This document shows positions 38,801-44,783 of a stretch of 64,000 nt of DNA, in pieces; position 1 is the first letter of the stretch, and the number at the start of each line of letters is the position of its first letter. This DNA comes from a virus: the IMG/VR virus record IMGVR_UViG_3300044967_000005; one strand, 5' to 3'. A program made the translations under genes and the position numbers. Under the pieces are notes generated by a model. That model saw nothing but the letters and a program-made list of their open reading frames with translations. It ran no database searches and was not told where the DNA came from.

Positions 38801-41321
38801 CCTGGTCTACAGGTTCAAATTTATCCACTTTGAAGTTGATTGATTTTGTCGGTTCACTTGGTTCTTCAACTTTCATATTGTTCGCTATTGGAGTTGGTGG
38901 TTTTTCTTGCGTTCGTGGTTCAATTTCGGCTTCAACAGGAGGGGCTATTTCAGATACCTCTTCCTGCGTTGGTGGTTCATATCCGAACGCTCTCGCTTCT
39001 TCATCAATTGCGTTGTGCCATTCAGGAGTGTCTGCATAGTAATCATCAGCTTTTAATTCTTCTACTGCTTCTTCTATTGGAACACCTTCATTGACTAATT
39101 CTTTTAAGGCATCATGTAAATCTGCACGGAAGCTAGGTGGTAGTGCAACGTCACCCATGATTTCGGCCGAAGGTAACTCTACATCTTCTAAAACCGGGTA
39201 TTCGTTTACTTCATCAAATTGCGCTTGTTCTGCTTTGCGGTTCAATACGCTTGCAATGCGTGATTTCGGTACGCTAATGCTTCTTTGGTTTGGTGTTTGT
39301 ACTTGCACTTGATCCCCTTCAATAGCTTCCACAACATATCCTGTATCGGGTTTTGTGCCTTGCAGATTCACGCTATCCCCAACTTGAATATCTAACGGCT
39401 CCGTTTGAACGTTTACAGGAGCCTGTACAGGCGTTTCAAAGTTAGGTGGTGCAATTGGTTGACCTGGAATAACAGGTGGCGCAAACGGGACGCTAGGCAT
39501 GTCTAGAGACGCGTCAAAGCCTGGTGGTGACGGCGGTAACACTGTTGGTTGCGGAACTTGGTTCGCTAACGCTTCTTGTTGTGTCACGATTTCTTTTTCT
39601 TCTTTTGTGACTGGGTTTAAATCAGCGTTTTGCTGCTCCATCTTCTTATCTTTAATATACTGTTTCATTGTTTCAACCATTACATCACCGAAGGCAGGGG
39701 CGCGTTCAAGTAATTGTTCTGCCGCGATTTCTATAGCTTCGTGTCTCGGCATACCTTCTAGTTCCATATCGGTTACTGCCTGGTCAAACTCTTGGCGTAT
39801 ATCCACAGGCAATTCGTTTAGTGATTGTTCGATGATGTCAGTTACAGGTGAATCTATAACAGGTTGTTTCGTCATTGAATCTTTTACGGCTTTAAAGCCT
39901 GTAACGGTTCCTGTAACTCCACCGCCTAGAATACCTCCAAGTAGCATAGCTTCTATGGTAGACGGATCAGACCAACTAAAGTCATCGCCTAATGCGTGAG
40001 CCGTAATACCCGATTGCGCTCCTTCTTGGAAAGCTTCAGTTGCCGCACCTCCGGCAGTTCGTAAACCGACTGAAGGGAGTTTCCCTAAAGAATCAAGTTT
40101 TTTAAACGGCGTAAGCATAAGAGCGAATTGTGCAATATCCATCCCACTATTGAGCATGAAGTTGTTACGGAAAGCTTCATTACCCGCGTCTTTCGCTTCA
40201 TCTTCTGTCATGCCACGACGAATCGCTTCGTCGTAAACACCACCTGCTTCGAGTGTTGCGTCAATGGCAGCTTGCGTTCCACCTCCGGCGACTGCCGGAA
40301 TCAACGTTTTGTATAACTTCGGCAACTTTTGAATCTTAGACAACTTGCCTGTTACGCCTGCTATAGCCAAGCCAGGAATAATACTCGTCAATAATTGAGG
40401 GATTGCGCGCGGTAATTGTGTAGCAAGCCATTCAGGATTCTTCCAGTCGCCCAGTTCAAATTCTTCTTTACGTGCGTCATCCTCGAACCCGTCACGTATT
40501 TTGTCTGCGCCTTTTTGTATTCCATCAGAAAGGAAGAAGTTCTGACCTTTCGGAACTCCACTAAGCCATCGTAGACCTCCAGCAACACTTTCAAGCGCGT
40601 CACCTGCGCCTAGACGTAAGTTGGCTCCTGCTTTTTCAGACAACGTATCGTTTTTGTTATCTGCATTAAAGAACCCTTTCGCCATGTCCGGCGCGCCTTG
40701 ATGTTCCATTTCCACTCTACGTTCCAAGTGTCCTGGATTATCTAAATTCTTTTTCGCATTATCGAACACACGCGAAAGAAGGCTAGGTGTATTCTCCTTT
40801 TTACTCTGCACGTCCGGTATATCTATGTGGCTCGTAAATTGTGATTGAGAACCACTTCTAGGGGTAGTTCTTTTGAAATCCATAATAGGTTTTTTAGGAG
40901 CAACAGGTTCCGGTTGCTTATACTTTTTGGGATTAGCTGCTTCATCAGCATAGCGACCTGCGAAACGGTCCGCGTCTGCTTGGCGAGACGTTGCTTTAGG
41001 AGTAGAAGGTTCATACTTATTAGAATTAGCATGTTCATCTGAATAACGACCTGCAAAACGTTGAGCATCAGCCGTTCTTCCTCTTTCCACACGGTCAGCT
41101 TCTTCACTCAAATACCGACCTGCAAAACGGTCAGCGTCCGCTTGACGCGCGCGTTCCCTTTTAATCTCGCTCATGGTTTTCCAAGGCGCTCGTTTTGATT
41201 CTACTATTGGAGGATTGTCGCGGTAAAATTGTTTTTCAAAATCCGAATAAGATTGAGTAGAGACGTTAGGTTTTTTCCTTTTTGCGTCTCTTTTCTTCCA
41301 TTCTTCATAACTGTATGCCAT
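26883..41321 (-). CDS. Giant DarB-like polyvalent protein (~4,812 aa): N6-adenine MTase + SNF2/SF2 helicase + zincin-like motif + LPD38-like C-terminus
   Basis: MTase KILESSVGTGMF and IGNVPF; helicase AHVVGAGKS, VDEAQSYKN, ATGTPISNS, EQREGRIIRQGN; VAHELGH; start reassigned to MAYSYE (AGGGGGG RBS). Confidence 0.88.
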   Translation of the reverse strand: MAYSYEEWKKRDAKRKKPNVSTQSYSDFEKQFYRDNPPIVESKRAPWKTMSEIKRERARQADADRFAGRYLSEEADRVERGRTADAQRFAGRYSDEHANSNKYEPSTPKATSRQADADRFAGRYADEAANPKKYKQPEPVAPKKPIMDFKRTTPRSGSQSQFTSHIDIPDVQSKKENTPSLLSRVFDNAKKNLDNPGHLERRVEMEHQGAPDMAKGFFNADNKNDTLSEKAGANLRLGAGDALESVAGGLRWLSGVPKGQNFFLSDGIQKGADKIRDGFEDDARKEEFELGDWKNPEWLATQLPRAIPQLLTSIIPGLAIAGVTGKLSKIQKLPKLYKTLIPAVAGGGTQAAIDATLEAGGVYDEAIRRGMTEDEAKDAGNEAFRNNFMLNSGMDIAQFALMLTPFKKLDSLGKLPSVGLRTAGGAATEAFQEGAQSGITAHALGDDFSWSDPSTIEAMLLGGILGGGVTGTVTGFKAVKDSMTKQPVIDSPVTDIIEQSLNELPVDIRQEFDQAVTDMELEGMPRHEAIEIAAEQLLERAPAFGDVMVETMKQYIKDKKMEQQNADLNPVTKEEKEIVTQQEALANQVPQPTVLPPSPPGFDASLDMPSVPFAPPVIPGQPIAPPNFETPVQAPVNVQTEPLDIQVGDSVNLQGTKPDTGYVVEAIEGDQVQVQTPNQRSISVPKSRIASVLNRKAEQAQFDEVNEYPVLEDVELPSAEIMGDVALPPSFRADLHDALKELVNEGVPIEEAVEELKADDYYADTPEWHNAIDEEARAFGYEPPTQEEVSEIAPPVEAEIEPRTQEKPPTPIANNMKVEEPSEPTKSINFKVDKFEPVDQDTDGVMGVGSNDGTIFVDVFRSTTQEGLNELERLGFRFTKMTVIGPSKAKWFKFTKPGKYAEWKEAHEAFKDFQPKKKYKPEKESVEETEPKKIQTKSQEESATPVELITPIGKNEETGRPIYKYQTIGKKWLQIPLNAPTTVNGEPNTKKAYLMLQRGIGTLHVGGDASIIQDMGTIFIGMGKNFKWEGHNISDVFPDIPEYNKVLFTDMRDYLEGKEVKFESKVVQDERKAELDAKAEQAKETMLENRDPNAIFSANKDEWNKEPFKPTHQRKIKTLNKFEQWQVVEFETAKGTFFVRRSESVPYINPAPISLLSNVLEPLSKAEPEKPSAKEPYLTILFKNEPVPKVSYKETKTRITATFKPNKKHWHKEEPSEMTLIFSKDKDGYLGMPKHDGRSASVADINDWLNLNYYSEGVSAKDLIEAFDHMNSTHVKVKDMGAQTEVEEAVAVPKTKPKEEVEYSKDFTHEMVYKGTKIRTHFQDNIVKWIDENGNTGQSETDHRFRAVKIPTGEEKIKQDALEAEIAETIKKNYSYDPFEGFPPGLMRTGIGKDRKGYNSSWTNEQARQYRLNEQTILSLMSDEDVLNYSAIDYASSTYKPDSRAYGDMELTEKWFRDKMKTYGSHNTFISNDSPYGYKNKVKIETGDGRLFSASYNEMWKRYKGLLDAYNAKNETPQKITTVTEEATEQTTSEYASLGYLEPKHEKRSTINGSFSKDELVMFDLLYDSEIPSFMKAIYGNVDPRLAYDQYLKHMVSRGQKVKLDSKEFNEGFKANDVTIEEYRKNLLGYGRGLDENGEQFQVLMDAEGTVYISYPDDTIELSHSEFEEAMKEDEYSFGKANRPAWVDDLDGFLEDIRNRQGGSTNVSNIIGTGSVSNGTPTKPTQDVDGRKPNQEVSATGDGRNQGSNERTNDGIADGVPDSREEQSEGSTGDTITSPSNHGNPTERVVPVDHVITKNIYEPNAKKRFENNIKALETLKTLEAENRHGTASELETLAKYQGWGGLPDYFDRRKPQYPHLQEHVDSGLITKEEYDAMQKTVLTSYYTSYDIVKQMYDVLLKAGFNGGKILESSVGTGMFLGAFPQVDGKHKFTTVEIDGLSHRITSKLYPNQKHHHKGFQIFKDTEGSFDVVIGNVPFSGNKILDKTYTDKAIGTKKDAEGNRLPKGKLDHKGRVMEYATHNTHDYFLVKNLDLLKEGGLGVLITSSSSLDSRDWRGQLVREYMEANTDFFEVIRLPNDAFKHAGTSVTTDILFFRKKVKGSKTNSSPITNIGQLDYGDAKGNVNEYFLANPDQITGELKQGTRYGDQLIVSMDNFERRLKKAVAHVSKVFKGKFVSGGVNQDAPVKVENFINEQWAKEKVGVFDGAIHAQNGAYFQYVFNQWKMYKVEKDNIPKLKDALAVRDSYLALIVKEENKDIPSEQMIRERKLLNETYDKFVKTHGEFNKTGVLTPFEDDVRTVALLRSLEKVVGKKLEKVDLFKDRQKFPDIKLEKKGDVKQALNLSLIHRGELDLNVVSDLIGKSKDETIDKLEAEGHIFFDPQEQAYVTDDEYLSGNIAKKLALAKAKDLHKNIAALEKIMPTQLSVEQVVDGIRFGQGWIPKEVYKEFIEKTLGLRDVTVTHNFQTASWGLSSRSSSHKNEQTYAINHKYAKKGVKGIDVIEKLMNMKSPKPALDKENIPPSVEAQTREEILNVTNRIVEQLQNELKSFIIGHPTYNEQLTRLYNDTFTSVVPRTFDGERMYGTDEEPTLIPNLNPVYKLYKHQKDAAMRVLRSQNTLLAHVVGAGKSLEMQVAIMEGRRLGIIKKPMMVVPNFMVEQASREFQHAYPNAKIKVITTGKTENDIAGIKISRNAKWSDKQYEQEVEKNRALRFRSLADVKYGDYDVVIMSYTSFERVSLDPENEREFVHREVEALRSYMEELTSEDGKSPTVKEIEKAIEKLESRLEELAGRDKKDVGMSFEEIGIDALFVDEAQSYKNLQYHTKLGSIGGLPNSSSKRAFDMYMKTFVMNKQGGRTVFATGTPISNSMAEMYTLLRYLAPEVLEAQGLTHFDGWAQLFGTTENSVELNTAGKFVEKTRFSKFTNVGELMRIFKSFADVKMADDLPYLKRPKAERITVTTGMSDKQKTYLEIMVKRAGEIADGIEPFMDNLLKLTGEGKKLALDYRLFDGSVDNDPNSKLNRIAEEVAEEYKATAKGNKGTDPNGKPFTFDNGTQIVFMDIGVPKATDKPKEDDSDDDTDSADASMYQNLKDRLLELGVKDEHIAFIHDYNKPPQKKKLSELFNDGKIRVLIGSTGKMGVGMNLQKRLTTLHHADPTWRPSDIEQREGRIIRQGNFNSNVNIKTYVTEGSFDALMWNTLENKAKFIAQVMSGGTEIRSMDEIAEQIMSFSEIKASATGNLSMIELMKTEKEIRRLTDLQRDFSKRKGKATHTIEGYEEKKKNLTELYEFASAMEGKAKSTRDKNFHFVLGKKTYTERTEGVKALQTKVLDIRKEKRTKEYAEQIGVLGGVPIIAAGYIESNYRSERVFKETVLVGDIVDGAAFGYGFVPMQDFVASEGRGSMSRLENVVIGLSNKTYSPTSKEKLEDLEVALKEAKELSTQTFEHTDTLHKLENDVISLREEALQHELTNTFDTVFAKDGKEYVATRVNYREVPSKNKKKQKEDKPDYEIDVIFSEVINITKSSEPDVFGESNETEYEIYELGEREVLPVITFVRDFDRKDTRKGVTERVAEQRRVKAEDKRQQEAERLANEEPQGLETDEDSGVSSLLNTALSGGTDIKVSPKVAKQVGDLLANALNTVIRSGYVEGRRGKKKGNGQALGTYNFNKKSGNVRSKHLHDLRVVAHELGHAFEDYVGLDTFESLRSELEKIAEKLYPNGSELEGDDKMKEGLAELFQLYVIDPIASEQLAPEAYNFLKKFIEGDPHLNEAFVKASKVIEDEVSGSAISKVLGSINFADDARISKNIGDGYSIRGGENATGREKIKGFIKEQLFEFIDFTIPFKDMRKALTQQGYKGLDIVKKLASSGNSMDRARHEFVNWSADKYGRKIINYKSAEEVPEFLRLRYEDLLELNPSSISDKEGYRKRYKEYAKKFSQKEAALMAISSRSFQEVALDGIVHIEEILKKNNNIPADLQQILDRTKIDDNGKKKKSPSSYQMFSAIAQAYRYKERSERVDENGKKKFVNNPISEKDAESLIEFSRQYLPKLENIIEEYTNNLSEVLLTKAVEGGIITKETKETVKKGSRFYIPTYYASSSAQLTGNDSERKTARQTVHGYEGKQEIVLDVLQATMNKLMETEAAVEFKSTMDMLQDSIDPKKTKGMGKFGEIIRPEAIPHIVKGTQIEKQLIDFVTESTGVDASDMEGSLSNAVFSIFIQGDKTNSKEAILMNWKYDKDGKAKRTYMRIAPDMYNAIMSMQPLQLGLYTRMMSKMSSFFRFLALANFKYMKTAFERDLTTAFLQRESKGAGTYIKSTLKGMAYAAGVDQKVVDQYMASGAFTSNPENVLKSFSRKSATDGLLPTKDVSLWKMKNGKFIKLFNPSTYLSWGEGIFRYGEFHSSVVELLAEEGINYNDFMDGSVELDKADLAKVERILLEVGHRASQVTVNFSGHGKHEGFRKVTAPISFLHGALQGIYREGIEIKEHGFNKASKRLTIRAASTLLPMTLVTWALSRVMGDDEEEIPSDMRDRYWFVWTPFGYYGIAKPFTYSIPDAYVERFLDDVLGEDGARKYYEDVLQPLKTLYHLPYLPMWLKTFTDISHNETWWGGEIVSKYDEDKPDFQQFDDNTSTLARQQAEIVFRLRNQLEGVKDDKDANYEYGISPKKFDYAITSLFGKYGAAFLETFGGKPKNDTLVTGSFFTTEQEIRSRSVDKFYKKAKNIENAHSTFGVKHHPDETTKMFRDLKESMKHISDLQKEVHSSPNLTKQDKNRMNLELTRAKRDIARFGIKVQPKDKENVRRVLAEVEKHQNYLDSIKE

Positions 41322-41416
41322 ACGGTTTTGCCCCCCTAAAAATAAAAGGGAGGAACGAAATATCGCCCTCCCTATGTGTTTATTAAATTTTAGCACCTAG
41401 TAAAAAAAGGTGTTTT

Positions 41417-42262
41417 TTACATCAATTTATATCTAGGGTCGATTGGTCTTGGAATCAAATTACGTCTTGGATTAGGCATTGGCATTTGTTTAGGACCTTG
41501 TGGTGGCATACCGCCCCCTAACCCTGGGTTTGGCATAGGTGGCTTCAAGCCTGGCATTTGAACCGGTTGTTGTTTCATAGGCGGATTAGGCAACTTCGGC
41601 ATTTGATTAAATCCACCATTTCCCCCCCATTCTCTCGGGTCAAGTTGAATACTTCCTGCACCACCACCATGAGTTGGTCTAAATGGTTGCATGATTCTAC
41701 CTGGATTAGCCCTTGGAGGTAATTGCGGTAATCCTCCGGCGAATTTATCTTTCAATCCTGCAAATCGTTCACTTATGCCATCAGAAATTTGAGGTTGTTG
41801 TGGAAAGGCTCCTTTCAATCCATCTAGGGATTGTTGGAATCCACCATTCTCCCCCCACTCTCTCGGGTCTAATTGAATACCTCCATCATCCCCTGGTCCT
41901 GGTTGGATATTTTGAAACTGTCTTTGTTGAAGTAACGCTTGAAGATTCTTTTTCATTGAATCGGTGTAAGGATTATTTATTTGAGGCATTACCGCTCGTT
42001 TTAACTCGTCCGGTCTACTGTCGTCTATTCGGAATCCTGGGTCTACTCCCGAAAAGTCGCCACCGCCACCTTTAATTGGTGTTTGTTTACCGCCGAACCC
42101 CCCGTTCCATTCTCTAGGGTCTAAGTGAATCATTCCGTTGTCTAGTTGTTGTGACCTCAACGCATCGAGACGCGCTCTAATATTTGAAAGCGCCTTATTG
42201 TGCTTCACTTTATTAACTGCCGATTTTAAAATTGGTTTTCTTTTAACCGCCATGTTTTCCAC
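41417..42262 (-). CDS. Gly/Pro/Gln-rich low-complexity protein, probable internal virion protein
   Basis: Three I(Q/H)LDPREW(G/N) repeats; position among internal-protein genes. Confidence 0.65.
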   Translation of the reverse strand: MENMAVKRKPILKSAVNKVKHNKALSNIRARLDALRSQQLDNGMIHLDPREWNGGFGGKQTPIKGGGGDFSGVDPGFRIDDSRPDELKRAVMPQINNPYTDSMKKNLQALLQQRQFQNIQPGPGDDGGIQLDPREWGENGGFQQSLDGLKGAFPQQPQISDGISERFAGLKDKFAGGLPQLPPRANPGRIMQPFRPTHGGGAGSIQLDPREWGGNGGFNQMPKLPNPPMKQQPVQMPGLKPPMPNPGLGGGMPPQGPKQMPMPNPRRNLIPRPIDPRYKLM

Positions 42263-42275
42263 CCCTTTTTAGTTT

Positions 42276-42716
42276 TTAAAGATAACGTTTTGGATCATGA
42301 AGTCCCCCGTCTTTGGTCACTTCGTAGTGAACGTGCGGTCCTGTGCTTCTTCCGGTTGAACCCACTTTCCCCATAACCGTCCCTTTGGTTACTTGTGAAC
42401 CGACTTTCGCTGAAGCTGAATCCAAGTGAGCATATAAATGTCTCGTTCCATCAGCAGCTTGCACGACTACGATATTTCCGTAAGAAGAATCATACCCCAT
42501 ACTCTTAGCGTTCCCCGAAGCGATTACTTTCCCTGCTACGTTGGCGGTCAAGGGGGTCCCTTTAGCGGACGCAATATCTATTCCGCGATGTAAATTCCCT
42601 TTAATTCCTGTCACCGGATGTGTTCGACGTCCCATGTCCGAAGTGAGCTTTCCACCCCATGACGTTCCTTTTGTACCCAATATTTGTTGATTCCCTCCTT
42701 TCGGGGAGGGGTTATT
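42276..42716 (-). CDS. M23 peptidoglycan peptidase domain, probably expressed by +1 frameshift from the upstream gene
   Basis: HRGIDIA (HxxxD), YGN, YAHL, GRSTGPHVHYEV (HxH). Confidence 0.88.
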   Translation of the reverse strand, partial: NNPSPKGGNQQILGTKGTSWGGKLTSDMGRRTHPVTGIKGNLHRGIDIASAKGTPLTANVAGKVIASGNAKSMGYDSSYGNIVVVQAADGTRHLYAHLDSASAKVGSQVTKGTVMGKVGSTGRSTGPHVHYEVTKDGGLHDPKRYL

Positions 42717-44295
42717 AGGGTCCAAAATAACTGCTAGTACCGCCACCGCTAGTACCTCCGCTTGATAAAGCTTCTTTAGCCCCAGGGAACTTAGATTCAA
42801 GAGCGTTTATGACTACCCTGAAATCCACGCCACTATCACCCCAGGCGTTGGTTTGCGATTCAAGGAAGGCGAACCCTTCTTCTATAGAAGTCGCACCTAA
42901 TATTGTGCCAATCGCTTTATTGGTATTCATGCTTGCTTCCTGTTCAGACAATCCACTTTTTTCTTGTCGAAGTCTATAGCTTGCGTCTGATTCAGCAACA
43001 AATCGGTCAGTCCCTATTTTAATTTCTTCCAGGTCTAATCCTCGACTTGCCAAGTGATTCTTAATAGCCGAATCTTGTTCTTGGAAATTCATTTCACGAT
43101 TAAACGTGTCTTTTTTGTATTGTAGCTCTTTGCCAAACGCGTCTTTATCGAACGCAAGCTTATCCTGCGCTAACCTTTGATCCGCATATTGTCCTTGCGC
43201 TTCAAGCGTTTGTATTCCTGCGACTGGCTTCACTTGCCCATTAACAACGGCTTCGGCAGAGTTATAAGTCCCCGTCACTCCGGCTTCATCCAATTGGTAG
43301 TTTTTATCGAATCGTCGATTTCCTTCAGCAAACTCTTGTTGGAATTGCCCGCCACCCATTACAGTTTGCAACAGGTTTGTATATCCGGCTTGATTCTGTG
43401 CTTGTTGAGCATTAAAGTTTGCTTGCATACCAGGGATATTTCCAATCACCGCATCCGAAGCCCCTTGCTTAATCTGTCCCACGCGGTCCGATGTAATGGT
43501 ACTGTTCAAGATTCCACGGTCATTCATATCTTCCATTGTGCTTAATCCTGCGGCATCCGCTTGTTTATTAGCTAGTAGCAACTGAGCTTGATATGCAGGG
43601 TCAGTATTTGGGTCGTACTGTCTACCACCATTTAAGTAACCTGCTTCGATGTTTTTAATCATGTCCGGTTGCATAGCTCCATAATCAGGAATGGATTGGT
43701 TACTATTCCAATTAGCATGACCGTTATCTGTTGGACCTACTGTTCCGTTTGCGTCACGCACTTTTGGTGGTGGTGGCGCTATCACTTTCGGTGGTGCGGT
43801 TGTTTTCGGTGGTGCGGTTGTTTTCGGTGGTGCGGTTGTTTTCGGTGGTGCGGTTGTTTTCGGTGGTGCGATTGTTTTTTTCGGTGGTGCGGCTTTCGGT
43901 GGCAATTTAACTGTTGGTAAAGGTTTTGCAGTTACTTTCGGTTTAGTTGTGACAGGCAATGGTTTTGCTGTTACTTTTGGTGGTGCAACTTTTGGTGGTG
44001 CAACAGGCTTGTGCATGTCTTTATAAATCTCTTTCATTTTTCCAGGTGGCGCGGCTTTCGGTGGCGCAGGCTTCGGCGCTGGCTTGTGCATGTCTTTATA
44101 AATCTCTTTCATTTTTCCAGGCGGTGCTTTTGGTGGTGGTGCTTTGTGTTGTCCTTGATATACGTCTTTCATTTTACTTGCTGGCGCTTTTTGTGTTACA
44201 GGTAATTTTGAAGGTACATATTTCGGTGGTGCAGGTTTTGGCGCAGGCTTCGGTGGTGCTTTGTACGTATTTTTACTTGTGTTTATATTAGCCAT
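42715..44295 (-). CDS. Pro/Lys-rich probable DNA-ejection (internal virion) protein
   Basis: N-terminal APPK repeats, YDPNTDPAYQ...RGILNST motif, helical C-terminus; AGGAGG RBS; ends in CCC TAA. Confidence 0.7.
   Translation of the reverse strand: MANINTSKNTYKAPPKPAPKPAPPKYVPSKLPVTQKAPASKMKDVYQGQHKAPPPKAPPGKMKEIYKDMHKPAPKPAPPKAAPPGKMKEIYKDMHKPVAPPKVAPPKVTAKPLPVTTKPKVTAKPLPTVKLPPKAAPPKKTIAPPKTTAPPKTTAPPKTTAPPKTTAPPKVIAPPPPKVRDANGTVGPTDNGHANWNSNQSIPDYGAMQPDMIKNIEAGYLNGGRQYDPNTDPAYQAQLLLANKQADAAGLSTMEDMNDRGILNSTITSDRVGQIKQGASDAVIGNIPGMQANFNAQQAQNQAGYTNLLQTVMGGGQFQQEFAEGNRRFDKNYQLDEAGVTGTYNSAEAVVNGQVKPVAGIQTLEAQGQYADQRLAQDKLAFDKDAFGKELQYKKDTFNREMNFQEQDSAIKNHLASRGLDLEEIKIGTDRFVAESDASYRLRQEKSGLSEQEASMNTNKAIGTILGATSIEEGFAFLESQTNAWGDSGVDFRVVINALESKFPGAKEALSSGGTSGGGTSSYFGP
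43786..43875. repeat. 18-bp tandem repeat encoding TTAPPK
   Basis: TTTCGGTGGTGCGGTTGT x4 plus a variant fifth copy. Confidence 0.9.
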
Positions 44296-44309
44296 TTGAT
44301 TTAGCCTCC

Positions 44310-44783
44310 TTATAGGTCACTTCTCAACCACACTTGACCGATTACCGGGCTTACAGGGTCACTTGTAACCGAATCTATAATTTTCGCATCTGAAATTTGT
44401 TGCGGTATGCCATCTAGTTCCAGTTCTATCGCGTCAATATCCCCTTGTGAGGTTGCCACTGATGTTTCCATCGAAGAAACTACGCTCTGCAACGTGTCAA
44501 CTTCACTTTCTATCGCGTCAACGTCAGCTTGAAGTTTAGAAATTTTCCCAGAGACAGTTGTTCCGGTTGGATCGTACCCATCTTCAAAGGTTGTCTCGCT
44601 CCCAATTGCCACAAATTGCGCTTGAACCATCCCTTGATTTATTAATCCGCCGTTTAATTCCAATACATTATCGTTATCCAATGACGAAAGAATAAATTCC
44701 AATTCTTTTCGTTGCCGTTCGAGTGATTCAATCAAACTAGGAACGTCTTTCCCGGTAATAGCGCTTAATGATACAACAGGCAT
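44310..44783 (-). CDS. Coiled-coil tail needle/fibre-like protein
   Basis: Heptad repeats; C-terminal DPVSPVIGQVWLRSDL fibre-type motif. Confidence 0.6.
   Translation of the reverse strand: MPVVSLSAITGKDVPSLIESLERQRKELEFILSSLDNDNVLELNGGLINQGMVQAQFVAIGSETTFEDGYDPTGTTVSGKISKLQADVDAIESEVDTLQSVVSSMETSVATSQGDIDAIELELDGIPQQISDAKIIDSVTSDPVSPVIGQVWLRSDL

Noticed and set aside
26883..41396. Giant ORF as a tape measure protein, and the 41396 start
   Set aside because: It carries MTase and helicase motifs and no tail tube or chaperone genes are seen; the ATG at 41321 has the RBS, while the upstream extension overlaps the putative promoter.
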